DNA of 64,000 nucleotides from Candidatus Cloacimonadales bacterium (GTDB taxonomy: Bacteria > Cloacimonadota > Cloacimonadia > Cloacimonadales > JAFGVF01). Both the position numbers and the translations under genes were made by a program. The notes under the pieces are model-generated. The model did not search any database. It saw nothing but the letters and a program-made list of their open reading frames with translations, and was not told the origin of the DNA. Shown here in pieces: positions 37,959 to 49,049 of the stretch (position 1 is its first letter; each line of letters starts with the position of its first letter). Location: assembly GCA_963662585.1 (NCBI GenBank), contig OY759729.1, forward strand, positions 1,856,001 through 1,920,000, given 5' to 3'.

Positions 37959-38987
37959 ATGATAAAAAGAGTTTTTTTATTAATGATTATTGCCTCCCTA
38001 TTCTTAGTAGTAGGATGTCAGAAGAAAGGACCAATAGTTGAGGCAAAGAGTTTGGAAGCAATCTATCGCGAGGAAGGAATTCCTGTAAAAGTAGAAACAG
38101 TAGTAGGACAAGATTTCAATAGATATCAAACTTACTACTCAGAAGTAATTCCTAGTAAAAGTACAGTAATTTTTGCTAAGTATGAAGACCGTATCTCCAA
38201 AATCCATGCAGAAGCTGGCGATTTCGTAAAGAAGGGAGATGTTATAATAGAATTTAATCCTAATAGCAGATTCGGGATAAAAGAGACCCAAGCTAATTAT
38301 GATATTGCCTTAGCCACTTATAATAGAATGAAAGAAGTCTTCAAAAGTGGAGGAATAAGCCAACAGGATTTAGATCTTTATCAAACTCAATACATGGTAG
38401 CTCAAGCATCCTTAGAAAGCATTAATGATATGTTAAAAGTTACAGCACCTTATGATGGTTATATCACAGAGTTACCTGTTTCGGAGAATGATTATATCTT
38501 CATAGATTCAGCACTTTTTACTATTTCCAACTTAAATACTTTGAAAGCTGTTTTATGGGTAAATGAGAATGATATTCAGTTTGTGAGAGAAGGGATGTTT
38601 GCTTCAGCTAAATGGAATAATCAAGAAATTACCGGTAAAGTAGAGAAAGTTGCTATGTCTATGGATTTACATAGAAGAGCTTTTAGAGTAGAGGCTAACT
38701 TTGATAATTCAAAGAGATTAATAAAAGCTGGAGTAACTTCTGAGATAAATCTCCTTCTTTACAAGAAAACAGATGTTATCGGAGTTCCAACAGTTATGGT
38801 TAGAGAAATTCAAGCTAGTCCATATCTTTGGATTGTTGAAGATAATAAGGCAGTAAGAAGGAATGTGGTTCTTGGCCAGACAGGAAATGAGCTAATCGAA
38901 ATCTTAAATGGACTAAATGCCGGCGATAAATTAATCACTGAGGGTTATCATTTAGTATCTGATAACGACAAAGTAACTATTAAATAG
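37959..38987 (+). CDS. RND periplasmic adaptor (MFP), lipoprotein
   Basis: Lipobox VVGC, GDFVKKGD, APYDG, GLNAGDKLITEG. Confidence 0.92.
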   Translation: MIKRVFLLMIIASLFLVVGCQKKGPIVEAKSLEAIYREEGIPVKVETVVGQDFNRYQTYYSEVIPSKSTVIFAKYEDRISKIHAEAGDFVKKGDVIIEFNPNSRFGIKETQANYDIALATYNRMKEVFKSGGISQQDLDLYQTQYMVAQASLESINDMLKVTAPYDGYITELPVSENDYIFIDSALFTISNLNTLKAVLWVNENDIQFVREGMFASAKWNNQEITGKVEKVAMSMDLHRRAFRVEANFDNSKRLIKAGVTSEINLLLYKKTDVIGVPTVMVREIQASPYLWIVEDNKAVRRNVVLGQTGNELIEILNGLNAGDKLITEGYHLVSDNDKVTIK

Positions 38988-39006
38988 TTAATTAATTGGA
39001 GAAATA

Positions 39007-42000
39007 ATGTTTTTATCAAAAATGTCTATAAAAAGACCAGTTATGACCACAATGTTCATTCTGGTATTCATTCTCTTTGGTCTTTTAGCTTTTACTAAGA
39101 TGCCAATTGACCTCTTCCCATCAGTGAATATACCCTATGTTCTTGTAACAACGGTCTATCCTGGTGCAGGTCCTAGTGAAGTAGAAACTCAAGTTACTAA
39201 TATTATCGAGGATGAAGTTGCCACTATCAGTGGATTAAACAATGTTCAGTCTTATTCAATGGATAATGTTTCTACTATAGTTCTTCAGTTTGAGTTAAGT
39301 AAAGACCCAAAGGAAGCTAACCAAGAAGTTAAAGATAAAATAAATAAGATTATTAATAAATTACCTTCTGATGCAGAACAACCAACCATTGAAAAGATTG
39401 AAATGGATGCCTTTCCAGTTATCGATTTAGTCTTAACTTCTAATTCCAGAAGTGTTTCAGCGATTGAGTTATATGAATTAGCAGATAACACTCTGAAAGA
39501 TAGATTTGCTAAGATTGAAGGTGTTGCTCGTGTTGAAATCAGTGGTGGAGAAGAGAGAGAGATTCGAGTTGAAACAAATAATAGGCTCTTAAAATCTAAT
39601 AATATCTCCCTTGCAAGTATTAATAACATCATAACCATGAATAATTATAATATTGCAGCTGGATTCTTCACTAACAAGAATACTGAAATCTCTTTAACTA
39701 CTAATGCTGAATTTACTTCCATAGAAGAATTAAAGAATTTAGAAATTCCTGTTGATGGTGGGACTAAGAAGCTCAAGGAAATTGCTAATGTTTTTGATGG
39801 TAAGAAAGAGATTAGGACTATTTCTCGTTTCTTTGATAATATCCAGAAAAGTGAATATAGTAAAATGGTTAAGATTAGCTTGATTAAAAGTTCGGATGCC
39901 AATACTGTTGCATTGGCTCAAGAAGTAACAAAATCTCTTCCTGACTTAAAAGCTAATATCCCAAGCAATATAGAATTAAAACTTGCTTATGATAACTCTG
40001 TATTTATTCAATCATCTGTTAGTGATACGATTACTAACTTGATTCTGGGAGTATTATTAACAGGACTTGTGCTATTCTTATTCCTTCATGATTTAAGATC
40101 TACTTTCATAGTTGCTCTTTCCATGCCGACCTCAATTATCTCATCCTTTATGGTAATGCAGGCTATGGGTTTCTCATTCAATATGCTATCATTGATGGGA
40201 CTCTCGACTGCTGTCGGGGTGCTGGTGTCTAATTCCATTGTGGTACTAGAGAATATATTCCGTCATAAATATATGGGGAACAGTAACAAGGAAGCTGCTC
40301 TTTCAGGTTCAGCAGAAGTTACAACTGCTGTGATTGCCTCGACTGCAACTAACCTTGTGGTATTCCTGCCAATCGCGGCTATGTCCTCAATGGCTGGTCA
40401 GTTCTTTAAAGAGTTTGCTTTAACTGTTTCAATCGCAACCGTCTTTTCCTTAATAATGTCTTTCACTCTTACCCCAATGTTGGCTTCTCTTATCTTACCT
40501 AAAGAAGAAAAGTTAGATTGGTTCGGAAGAATTATGGAGAAGAACTTCAAGTTCTTTGAAGGAATTTACAAAAAGGCCCTTATTTCAATCTTAAGTAATA
40601 GAGTGAAACCTGTTTTATTTGCTGTATTTATGACTCTTTTACTCTTTGCAACCTTTATTTTTGTTGCACCAAAGTTAGGCTTTGAGTTTATGCCAGAATT
40701 TGACCAAGGTGATTTGGTGATTAATATCGAGCTTCCTGAAGGGGCAGATTTGACTCAAACTTCACAAAAGTTAGCTGAGGTTGAAAAAATAGTATTAAAT
40801 CACCCTGAAGTAAAACATATAATATCTTCTGTTGGTAGTAATAATAGAACTAATCTCGCTTCTGCTGAAATAAAATTAGTAGATCCTGAATTTAGAAATA
40901 TTACAACTTCTCAGATGAATCAAGTCTTCATTAATGAAGTAACAAATATTACTAACGCTAAGATTTTCTGTCGCGGTAGTAGAGGTGAAGATGGACAGAG
41001 TCCGATTCAGTATTATCTGATTTCACCTGATAAAGACTATTTGGATTCTATTGTTCCAGAGCTTAATGCTAAAATGAAGCAGATTCCAGGACTAATTAAC
41101 TATAATGTATCTCTTAGAACAGGTAAACCTCAACTTACTCTTCTTCCTAAAAGAAAAGAAATTGCTGATGCTGGCTTAACTGCTTATGATATCGCAATGG
41201 TTGTAAGAGGAGCTACTGAAGGCTTGACAAGTGCTGTCTATCGTGAAGAAGGTGAAGAATATGATATCAGAGTAACGATGGATGATAACTTTGTGTCTAG
41301 TCCAGAAGAGATTGGAGCTTTGATTGTTAATTCTCCTTATGGTCAATATACTATTTCCCAACTTGCTACTGTGGAATTTACTCAAACAACTACACAAATT
41401 ACTCATCGTGATAAGCTAGCTTCTTTGATTATTTCAGGAGAACCGGCAACTGGTTATCCTCTTGCTACAGTTACTAATAAAATTATGGAAGTCTTTGAAG
41501 ACATGAATTTCAGTGAAGATGTTGATGTAAAAGCAGGTGGAAACGCCGAAATGATGGAAGAAACAAATAAGGATATGGCTCAGGCTTTCTTGCTGGCTAT
41601 TATTCTTACTTATATGCTTCTTGCCTCAATCTTAGAGAATTTTACTCAACCTTTATTAATTCTTACTACCCTGCCGATGGCTACTATAGGTGTATTTGTG
41701 CTGATGTATCTTACTGGTACAACCATGAATATGTTCTCTATGATGGCTATTATTATGTTGATAGGGCTAGTGGTTAATGATGCAATTTTGATTTTAGACT
41801 ATACTAAACAGTTGATGGCCAGAGATAATTTATCTGCCAAAGAAGCTTTATTAATAGCTTGTCCTATTAAGATGAAACCAATTCTTATGACAACTTCAGC
41901 TATTATCTTAGGAATGCTTCCAATGGCCCTAGGAATTGGATCTGCAGGTAAGGAGATGAGAATCCCTATGGCAATGGTTCAAATTGGTGGTATGGCAACT

Positions 42001-42072
42001 TCTACCTTCTTGACCCTGCTTTTGATTCCTTCCTTATTCTTCTTAACTCATTCTAAGAAAAAGAAACAATAA
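39007..42072 (+). CDS. RND efflux permease (AcrB/MdtB-like)
   Basis: SIKRPV, YPGA-P-EVE and TLTPML motifs; 12-TM layout; 1021 aa. Confidence 0.95.
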   Translation: MFLSKMSIKRPVMTTMFILVFILFGLLAFTKMPIDLFPSVNIPYVLVTTVYPGAGPSEVETQVTNIIEDEVATISGLNNVQSYSMDNVSTIVLQFELSKDPKEANQEVKDKINKIINKLPSDAEQPTIEKIEMDAFPVIDLVLTSNSRSVSAIELYELADNTLKDRFAKIEGVARVEISGGEEREIRVETNNRLLKSNNISLASINNIITMNNYNIAAGFFTNKNTEISLTTNAEFTSIEELKNLEIPVDGGTKKLKEIANVFDGKKEIRTISRFFDNIQKSEYSKMVKISLIKSSDANTVALAQEVTKSLPDLKANIPSNIELKLAYDNSVFIQSSVSDTITNLILGVLLTGLVLFLFLHDLRSTFIVALSMPTSIISSFMVMQAMGFSFNMLSLMGLSTAVGVLVSNSIVVLENIFRHKYMGNSNKEAALSGSAEVTTAVIASTATNLVVFLPIAAMSSMAGQFFKEFALTVSIATVFSLIMSFTLTPMLASLILPKEEKLDWFGRIMEKNFKFFEGIYKKALISILSNRVKPVLFAVFMTLLLFATFIFVAPKLGFEFMPEFDQGDLVINIELPEGADLTQTSQKLAEVEKIVLNHPEVKHIISSVGSNNRTNLASAEIKLVDPEFRNITTSQMNQVFINEVTNITNAKIFCRGSRGEDGQSPIQYYLISPDKDYLDSIVPELNAKMKQIPGLINYNVSLRTGKPQLTLLPKRKEIADAGLTAYDIAMVVRGATEGLTSAVYREEGEEYDIRVTMDDNFVSSPEEIGALIVNSPYGQYTISQLATVEFTQTTTQITHRDKLASLIISGEPATGYPLATVTNKIMEVFEDMNFSEDVDVKAGGNAEMMEETNKDMAQAFLLAIILTYMLLASILENFTQPLLILTTLPMATIGVFVLMYLTGTTMNMFSMMAIIMLIGLVVNDAILILDYTKQLMARDNLSAKEALLIACPIKMKPILMTTSAIILGMLPMALGIGSAGKEMRIPMAMVQIGGMATSTFLTLLLIPSLFFLTHSKKKKQ

Positions 42073-42083
42073 CCTATAAACTA

Positions 42084-42115
42084 AGCTGGGTGAATTTCTT
42101 TCATCCAGCTCTTTT
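42084..42115 (+). terminator. Terminator after the RND operon
   Basis: AGCTGGGTGAA-TTTCT-TTCATCCAGCT followed by CTTTT. Confidence 0.65.
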
Positions 42116-42123
42116 CAAATAAT

Positions 42124-42999
42124 ATGAAAAACTTAATATCATGCAATATCTGTCCACATAGATGTGGTGTTGACAGAGTTAACACTTTAGGCTTTTGCCA
42201 AGCTCCTGCTCAACTTAAGATGAATTTAGCTCAAATTCATTTTGGGGAAGAACCTTTTTTAGTTGGAAAAGGTGGTAGCGGTACTATCTTTTTCTCTCAT
42301 TGTAATTTGCACTGTTGCTATTGTCAGAACTTTGAAATCTCTGCTCACGGACGAGGTGAGTTTATCAGCGAAGATAAGCTGATTGAAACAATGTTTTCTC
42401 TCAAAGAAAAAGGTGCAGTCAATATTAACTTCGTTTCTCCTAGTCACTATTCCGAAATGCTGATTCCTGTAATAATGAAAGCTAAAGAAATGGGCTTAAA
42501 CTTACCCATCGTCTGGAATACAAACTCTTATGAGTCAGTGGAGACCTTAAAGCAACTGGAAGGCTTAGTAGATATTTATCTGGCTGACTTCCGCTATTGG
42601 AATAATGAGAATGGTGTAAAGTATTCAGGAATAAAAAATTATCAAGAAGTAGCAACTTCGGCTATTAAAGAAATGTTCAGACAAACTGGTTCAATTAAAC
42701 TTGATGATGGACTTGCCTGGATGGGTACGCTAATCAGAATTTTAGTCCTGCCTAATAATCTAACAGGTACAGAATCTATTTTAGAGTGGATAGCCGATAA
42801 TTTAGGCACACATATAAACATTAGCCTGATGTCGCAATATTATCCCACCTACAAGAGTAAGGACTTTCCAGAGCTTAATAGAAGTCTTACAAAAAGCGAA
42901 TATGAAAGGACTGTTACTACTTTAGAAAGACTGGGATTTGATAACTACTTGCTACAAGAACTCAATCCTTCAGCTGATTGGACTCCTAAATTTAGATAA
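42124..42999 (+). CDS. Radical SAM protein, PflX-like
   Basis: N-terminal CNICPHRC...C, GSGTIFFSHCNLHCCYCQN (CxxxCxxC), LMSQYYP. Confidence 0.88.
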   Translation: MKNLISCNICPHRCGVDRVNTLGFCQAPAQLKMNLAQIHFGEEPFLVGKGGSGTIFFSHCNLHCCYCQNFEISAHGRGEFISEDKLIETMFSLKEKGAVNINFVSPSHYSEMLIPVIMKAKEMGLNLPIVWNTNSYESVETLKQLEGLVDIYLADFRYWNNENGVKYSGIKNYQEVATSAIKEMFRQTGSIKLDDGLAWMGTLIRILVLPNNLTGTESILEWIADNLGTHINISLMSQYYPTYKSKDFPELNRSLTKSEYERTVTTLERLGFDNYLLQELNPSADWTPKFR

Positions 43000-43507
43000 T
43001 CCTTGTCTGTTTACACTTGTAAGTGATGTTTACAGGTGTGTTAATGATGTTGAGGAAGTAATCTATAAGTTAGGTGTTTTGAACAATGTTTTTCATCTAG
43101 CGATATCTGCGTTTCACAGTACTTTATGAGTATTTCAGTATTTAAAAGAATAAAAATATAATTTTTGGAACTAACAATGCAATTATAAGAAATAACGATC
43201 TTTGAAAAACAGTTTAAATTTGAAAGTAAGGATTATAGCTCCTCTTCTAAATCTTCTGTCTCTTGTCAAACCGAGATTTAGATAATTTATATAGTTTGGA
43301 GAGCATTCTATGTAGTCTGTAGGGAAAAAAGGGCTAAACATAAATATAATCCGTATTGACGAAACAATAATTGGGTATGTAACCTAAGTGAATAGTTTTG
43401 GAGAATTTATCACTCACGCTACCTCCTCATGACTGCCTAATCGCAATCTCACTTGCCAACCCAAGCATCCCAGTTATTGTTTTTGTCAATATTTTTTTAT
43501 CCGTTTT

Positions 43508-44407
43508 TTAGAGAATAAAATAGGAATACAATGAGACAAAGAGCAGTGAAAGTATTAAAGAAAAAGATACTATTGTAGCTGCAAACTCTCTATCTAAATC
43601 TTCTAATTCTGAGAATATCAGAGTGTTAAAACCTACTGGAGCACTGGCACAAATCAAGACAATATCTGATATTGGTTGTGTTAAGTTAAGCAGATTAACA
43701 ATTATTAATCCCAAGCCAAAACCTAAAGCCATTCTTAGACTTATCACTCCCATAGTTAATTTAAAATTAGCAATTTTAGGGTGGAAATAGATTCCCAAGG
43801 AAAATATAATTAAGGGCATAGTTGGACTTCCCACATAATCAAGAATATCTAGATATATTTGACTTAGGGTAAAGGGCAGTAAATTAATTATTAAGCCAAT
43901 AAAGATCCCCCAAATTGGAGGAAGTAACAACATCTTTTTAATAGGAAGTTGAGAATCTTCTCTGCTACTATAGCGGATTGCCTGATAATAGGCAAAGATA
44001 TATATCATAAGAGAATTCCCTAAATCAAAGAGAGAGTAATATCCAAAAGCTGATTGCCCGAAAAAAGCATAGATAAAAGTAGAAACAAATCCGGTGTTAA
44101 TTATTAAAGAACCAATTAAAAAAGTACCTTTTCTTTTTTGGGGAAGATTAAGTCTCTTGCAAATAAGGTTTGCTGGAATAAAAGTGATTAACACAATCAG
44201 TATTGGTAAAAGAATAAGATAAAGTAGTTCAACATTGATGATTAGGTTGGCCAAGGAAACTACAGTAAGAGCTGGAAGAGTAATATTAAGAACTAATTGC
44301 AAAAATCTATCAGCATCTTTAATGTTAAAAATACTTAATTTTTTGCTTAGAAATCCTAAGCTAAACATAATTAAAACAGGTATAATCTTGACAAAATAAG
44401 GGGGCAT
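43508..44407 (-). CDS. AEC (auxin efflux carrier)-family transporter
   Basis: ITLPAL, INTGF, PPIWG and APVGFN motifs; multi-TM; start placed at ATG 44407 after GGAG. Confidence 0.8.
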   Translation of the reverse strand: MPPYFVKIIPVLIMFSLGFLSKKLSIFNIKDADRFLQLVLNITLPALTVVSLANLIINVELLYLILLPILIVLITFIPANLICKRLNLPQKRKGTFLIGSLIINTGFVSTFIYAFFGQSAFGYYSLFDLGNSLMIYIFAYYQAIRYSSREDSQLPIKKMLLLPPIWGIFIGLIINLLPFTLSQIYLDILDYVGSPTMPLIIFSLGIYFHPKIANFKLTMGVISLRMALGFGLGLIIVNLLNLTQPISDIVLICASAPVGFNTLIFSELEDLDREFAATIVSFSLILSLLFVSLYSYFIL

Positions 44408-44562
44408 AGATACTCCAACTAAAATATTGTTAATACCAAACAAATAGATATTTAGAATTAGTAAAGTTTTTTGTTTACAAAATTTCTAAGTTATTAATTT
44501 AGGTACTAGATAGAATATATTAAATTATTAAATAAATATAAAAACATTATCCCGGAGGATTA

Positions 44563-46113
44563 ATGAGCACAGAAAAACAGATTACTGAATTGCGACTTAA
44601 GAGAACCGAGGCTGAATTAGGTGGAGGGCAAAAAAGAATAGATGCCCAACATGCTAAAGGAAAGCTTACAGCTCGTGAAAGAGTCAATAATTTATTAGAT
44701 CCAAATAGTTTTGAAGAGTTTGATCTATTCGTAGAGCACAATTGCCATGATTTTGGTATGGAAGAAAATATCATTCCTGGCGATGGAGTAATAACCGGTT
44801 GCGGAACTATTAACGGAAGATTAGTATATCTTTTCTCACAAGATTTCACCGTTTTGGGTGGGTCATTATCAAAAACTTATGCAGAGAAAATCTGCAAAGT
44901 AATGGATATGGCTATAAAGGTCGGAGCTCCTGTTATCGGATTGAACGATTCCGGTGGAGCAAGAATCCAAGAAGGTGTGGATGCTCTTGCAGGTTATGCT
45001 GAGATTTTCTACAGAAATGTTATGGCTTCTGGTGTAGTTCCTCAGATTTCTGCTATATTAGGACCATGTGCAGGTGGAGCTGTTTACTCTCCTGCTATCA
45101 CTGATTTTGTGATGATGGATAAGAAGAATAGTTATATGTTCGTTACTGGACCTAAAGTTGTTAAATCTGTTCTTAATCAAGATGTTACAGTTGAACAACT
45201 TGGTGGAGCAATGGCTCATGCAACCAAGAGTGGTGTTACTCACTTCGTTACTGAAAATGAAGAAGAGACTTTACTCCTTATCAAGAAACTTCTTAGTTAT
45301 TTACCATCCAACAATTTAGATGATCCTCCTTATATCCCAAATGCTGATCCAATTGACAGAGCTTGTGATAGACTTAATGATATTATTCCTGAAAATGCTA
45401 ACAAACCTTATGATATGTTAGATGTTATTCATGAAATAGCTGATGAAAATGAATTTCTTGAAGTTTCAAGAAATTACGCTCAAAATATCATAGTTGGATT
45501 TGCTAGATTTAATGGCTATCCTGTAGGTATTGTTGCTAATCAACCAAAAGTTCTTGCAGGTGTTTTAGATATCAATGCTTCTTCAAAGGCAGCCAGATTT
45601 ATCAGATTCTGTGATTCTTTCAATATTCCTTTATTAGTTTTAGAAGATGTTCCAGGATTCTTACCAGGACCAAATCAAGAGCATAATGGAATTATCAAAC
45701 ATGGAGCTAAGCTTCTTTATGCTTTTGCTGAAGCTACTGTTCCTAAAATCACTGTAATTCTTAGAAAAGCTTACGGTGGAGCTTATTGTGTGATGAATAG
45801 TCGTCACATGAGAGCAGACATGGTTTATGCTTGGCCTTCAGCTGAAATCGCTGTTATGGGACCTGGTGGAGCTGTGGAAGTTATCTTCCGTAAAGAAGCA
45901 ATGGCTACTAAAGATCCAAAAGCTGCTCTTAAAAAGAAAGAAGATGAATATAGAGAAAAGTTTGCTAATCCTTATAATGCTGCTAAGAAAGGTTACATTG
46001 ATGATATCATTGAACCAAGTAGAACTAGATTTAGGGTTATCAGAACTTTAGAGATGCTAGCCAATAAGAAAGACTCTATACCACCTCGTAAACACGGCAA
46101 TATTCCTTTATAG
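44563..46113 (+). CDS. Acyl-CoA carboxyltransferase (methylmalonyl-CoA decarboxylase alpha / PccB-like)
   Basis: [39 protein letters not shown] and KHGNIPL motifs. Confidence 0.93.
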   Translation: MSTEKQITELRLKRTEAELGGGQKRIDAQHAKGKLTARERVNNLLDPNSFEEFDLFVEHNCHDFGMEENIIPGDGVITGCGTINGRLVYLFSQDFTVLGGSLSKTYAEKICKVMDMAIKVGAPVIGLNDSGGARIQEGVDALAGYAEIFYRNVMASGVVPQISAILGPCAGGAVYSPAITDFVMMDKKNSYMFVTGPKVVKSVLNQDVTVEQLGGAMAHATKSGVTHFVTENEEETLLLIKKLLSYLPSNNLDDPPYIPNADPIDRACDRLNDIIPENANKPYDMLDVIHEIADENEFLEVSRNYAQNIIVGFARFNGYPVGIVANQPKVLAGVLDINASSKAARFIRFCDSFNIPLLVLEDVPGFLPGPNQEHNGIIKHGAKLLYAFAEATVPKITVILRKAYGGAYCVMNSRHMRADMVYAWPSAEIAVMGPGGAVEVIFRKEAMATKDPKAALKKKEDEYREKFANPYNAAKKGYIDDIIEPSRTRFRVIRTLEMLANKKDSIPPRKHGNIPL

Positions 46114-46122
46114 GTGATAATA

Positions 46123-46836
46123 ATGAAAAAAAATAAATTAGTATTTTTTCTCATCCTGCTATTTGTTGGAGTAAATCTTTTTGCAGCTGAAGAAGCAAAG
46201 GTTACTTTTCAAAAGACAGGAAAAACAGTAGAATTTACTATTAGTGAAAATTACACTCTTAGAGCGGTAGCTGATAGTATAAACATGCCTGTAAAAAAGT
46301 TAAAGGCCATGTTACTCACTGAGCTTTCACTTTATGGAGAAACTCATCCTGATTATAAAGGAGTTAAGCCACAAAGTAGAGAGTGGGATGTAGTTCCTAT
46401 CCATGAACTTAATATTACACCGGCAACAGTTGCTGAGAAATTTAATTCCTTTACTGATAATACTATGAATTATGGTTATAGTGTTACTGTGGTAGGTATT
46501 ATAGTTGTATTCTTGAGTTTACTCTTAATAAGTGTCTTAATTAATCAATTCCAACATCTAGAGAAAACAAAGGATATTAAAGTTAAAAAGAAAGCTAAAT
46601 CTGCTTTAACTACAATCGAAACTCCAGCTGGGAAAGTTACAGGACCTACAGATGCTATTAGCTCAAATGCTATTGTTGCAGTCATTGCTGCTTTGCATAA
46701 ACATAAGTTATCTGTGGAAGAGAGAGTTAAAATTCAAATGACTTTTAGCAGAACCCCGGTAAATATGTGGAGTGCTTCTGCCAAGATGGATATGCCGAAT
46801 AGAGTTTATAATAAACCTACTGATAGGAGTAAATAA
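46123..46836 (+). CDS. OadG/MmdD-type decarboxylase subunit with an N-terminal extension
   Basis: TM segment GIIVVFLSLLLI, IVAVIAAL, terminal W; preceded by a signal peptide and an extra domain of about 100 aa. Confidence 0.75.
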   Translation: MKKNKLVFFLILLFVGVNLFAAEEAKVTFQKTGKTVEFTISENYTLRAVADSINMPVKKLKAMLLTELSLYGETHPDYKGVKPQSREWDVVPIHELNITPATVAEKFNSFTDNTMNYGYSVTVVGIIVVFLSLLLISVLINQFQHLEKTKDIKVKKKAKSALTTIETPAGKVTGPTDAISSNAIVAVIAALHKHKLSVEERVKIQMTFSRTPVNMWSASAKMDMPNRVYNKPTDRSK

Positions 46837-47567
46837 TGAAATCATATAAAATGAAAATAAATGGCGAAAATTACGATGCAAAAATTATCTCATTTGACTC
46901 AGAACAAGCTAAAATTGATGTCAATGGAAATATATTCATAGTTGATTTTGAAGATGATAATCAAAATTTAATACCAAAACTTACTAGAACTTATAAAGAA
47001 GTACCAGGTGCTCCTCAGTTGTCTGTTGATTATGCAGACGGAACTGTTAAAGCTCCAATTCCTGGTGTTATCGTAACAATTAAGAAAAAAGTTGGCGATA
47101 GAGTTGAGAAAGGCGAAGCTATTGTTATTCTTGAAGCTATGAAGATGGAATCAGAAATCGAAGCACCAGGTTGTGGTGTGATTGAGGAAATCTTAGTTAA
47201 AGAAAAAGCTCCAGTTCATGAAGGAGATGCTTTAGTTAAAATCAAGTTTGATGCTATCGAAGAAGCTCCTGCTCCAAAAGCTAAAGCTCAAACTAAATCT
47301 CAACCTGCCAAAGCTACTCCAATGCCTGTAAGTGCTCCTGCACCAGCTGGTAATAACAGTATTACTGCTCCAATTCCAGGTACTATCATAGATATTTTAG
47401 TTAAACCTGGTGATAAAATTACTTCTGAACAAGCAGTAATTATCTTAGAAGCTATGAAGATGGAATCAGAAGTAACTGCTGACTATAGTGGAACTGTTAA
47501 AAAAGTCTTAGTCACAAAAGGTCAAGCTGTTCAAGAAGGCGAAGAGCTTATTCAGTTAGGAGATTAA
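46836..47567 (+). CDS. Biotin carboxyl carrier subunit with two biotinyl domains
   Basis: Two ILEAMKMESE motifs separated by an Ala/Pro/Lys linker. Confidence 0.92.
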   Translation: MKSYKMKINGENYDAKIISFDSEQAKIDVNGNIFIVDFEDDNQNLIPKLTRTYKEVPGAPQLSVDYADGTVKAPIPGVIVTIKKKVGDRVEKGEAIVILEAMKMESEIEAPGCGVIEEILVKEKAPVHEGDALVKIKFDAIEEAPAPKAKAQTKSQPAKATPMPVSAPAPAGNNSITAPIPGTIIDILVKPGDKITSEQAVIILEAMKMESEVTADYSGTVKKVLVTKGQAVQEGEELIQLGD

Positions 47568-47569
47568 TA

Positions 47570-48697
47570 ATGGCTGAATTTATAAATTTCTTTGAAACTA
47601 CCGGATTTTATAACATTAGTCTGGGCTATGCAATGATGATAGTTATAGGCTTAATCTTTATCTATCTCGGTATCGCTAAACATTATGAACCCCTCTTGTT
47701 AGTTCCTATTGGATTTGGTATCTTAATAGGAAATATTCCGGGTGTCGGATTGCAAGGACAAGGTGTTTATGATGAAGGTTCTGTGCTCTATTACCTCTAT
47801 CTTGGTGTTAGTAAAGGATATTATCCTCCGCTAATTTTCCTAGGAATTGGGGCGATGACAGACTTCTCAACCCTTATTGCTAATCCTAAATTAATTCTGA
47901 TTGGTGCTGCTGCTCAAGCTGGTATCTTTATTACCTTTATTGGCTCACTTCTTTTAGGATTTAATGTTATGGAAGCTGCCTCTATTGGTATTATCGGTGG
48001 TGCTGATGGTCCTACATCTATCTATATTTCTTCTAAGTTGGCTCCTCATCTTTTAGGTGCTATTGCTATCGCTGCCTATTCCTATATGGCTTTAGTTCCA
48101 GTGATTCAACCTCCTATTATGAAAATGCTTACTACTAAGAAAGAAAGACAGATTCACATGAAGACTCCTCGCTTAGTTACTAAACAAGAAAAGATTATTT
48201 TCCCAATTGTTGGTTTGTTAGTAACATGTTTCATCGCTCCAGGTGGTATTGCTCTTCTTGCAATGCTTTTCTTTGGAAACTTACTCAAAGAGTGCGGTGT
48301 GGCTGAAAGATTAGCTGATACAGCTCGTAATGCCTTAATGAATATTATTACTATTCTGCTTGGTGTTACTGTTGGTGCAAGTACTGATGCAGGTAAATTC
48401 CTAAATTGGTCATCTGTAAAGATTTTCATCTTGGGTGCCTTCTCTTTCTGCGTTGCTACTGCTTTTGGTATTATCTTCACTAAGTTTATGAATCTCTTCC
48501 TTAAAGAAAAGATTAATCCACTTATCGGTAATGCTGGTGTTTCTGCTGTGCCAGATTCAGCTCGCGTTTCTCAAATTGAAGGTCAAAAGTATAATAAGCG
48601 CAATTTCTTACTTATGCATGCTATGGCTCCTAATGTAGCTGGTGTTATCGGTTCAGCTGTGGCTGCTGGTGTGATGCTTGGTATCTTAGGAAACTAA
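47570..48697 (+). CDS. Na+-translocating decarboxylase beta subunit (OadB/MmdB family)
   Basis: EPLLLVPIGFG, GAMTDF, IGIIGGADGPT and GVSAVP motifs. Confidence 0.96.
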   Translation: MAEFINFFETTGFYNISLGYAMMIVIGLIFIYLGIAKHYEPLLLVPIGFGILIGNIPGVGLQGQGVYDEGSVLYYLYLGVSKGYYPPLIFLGIGAMTDFSTLIANPKLILIGAAAQAGIFITFIGSLLLGFNVMEAASIGIIGGADGPTSIYISSKLAPHLLGAIAIAAYSYMALVPVIQPPIMKMLTTKKERQIHMKTPRLVTKQEKIIFPIVGLLVTCFIAPGGIALLAMLFFGNLLKECGVAERLADTARNALMNIITILLGVTVGASTDAGKFLNWSSVKIFILGAFSFCVATAFGIIFTKFMNLFLKEKINPLIGNAGVSAVPDSARVSQIEGQKYNKRNFLLMHAMAPNVAGVIGSAVAAGVMLGILGN

Positions 48698-48726
48698 TTA
48701 TATAATATTAAAGAAAGAAGATATAT

Positions 48727-48751
48727 AAAGCCCTGCTTGCAGGGCTTTTTT
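48727..48751 (+). terminator. Intrinsic terminator after the decarboxylase cluster
   Basis: AAAGCCCTGC-TT-GCAGGGCTTT followed by TTT. Confidence 0.85.
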
Positions 48752-48991
48752 AGCATTTAAGCCTTTTGAGAATAAGCAAACGAAAAGCAGGAGATCAAGA
48801 GATTGAGTCATGAAAAGGCTCTTGTTCAAGTCTGGTAGAAATTATTAAGGATTTCCTTGCACCTTATTATTGCATTACAGTAAGTTAGGCCTTATAGTGG
48901 ACAAGAAATTGAAGTTTTTATGCTAAATAAATATGACTTAATCCTGACTTGTGAGGGCGTAGCTTTGCGAAGACTCAAAGGATGAGTTTAT

Positions 48992-49049
48992 ATCCCCAAC
49001 GGGGATTAATAGTTTGTCCCAGGCTAATCTATTAATCCCTTTCAGGGAT
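48992..49049. repeat. Inverted REP-like doublet
   Basis: ATCCCC-AAC-GGGGATTAATAG ... CTATTAATCCC-TTTCA-GGGAT. Confidence 0.65.

Noticed and set aside
42938..43129. 63-aa ORF after the radical SAM gene
   Set aside because: It overlaps the upstream gene end and has a TTG start, no RBS and no recognisable features.
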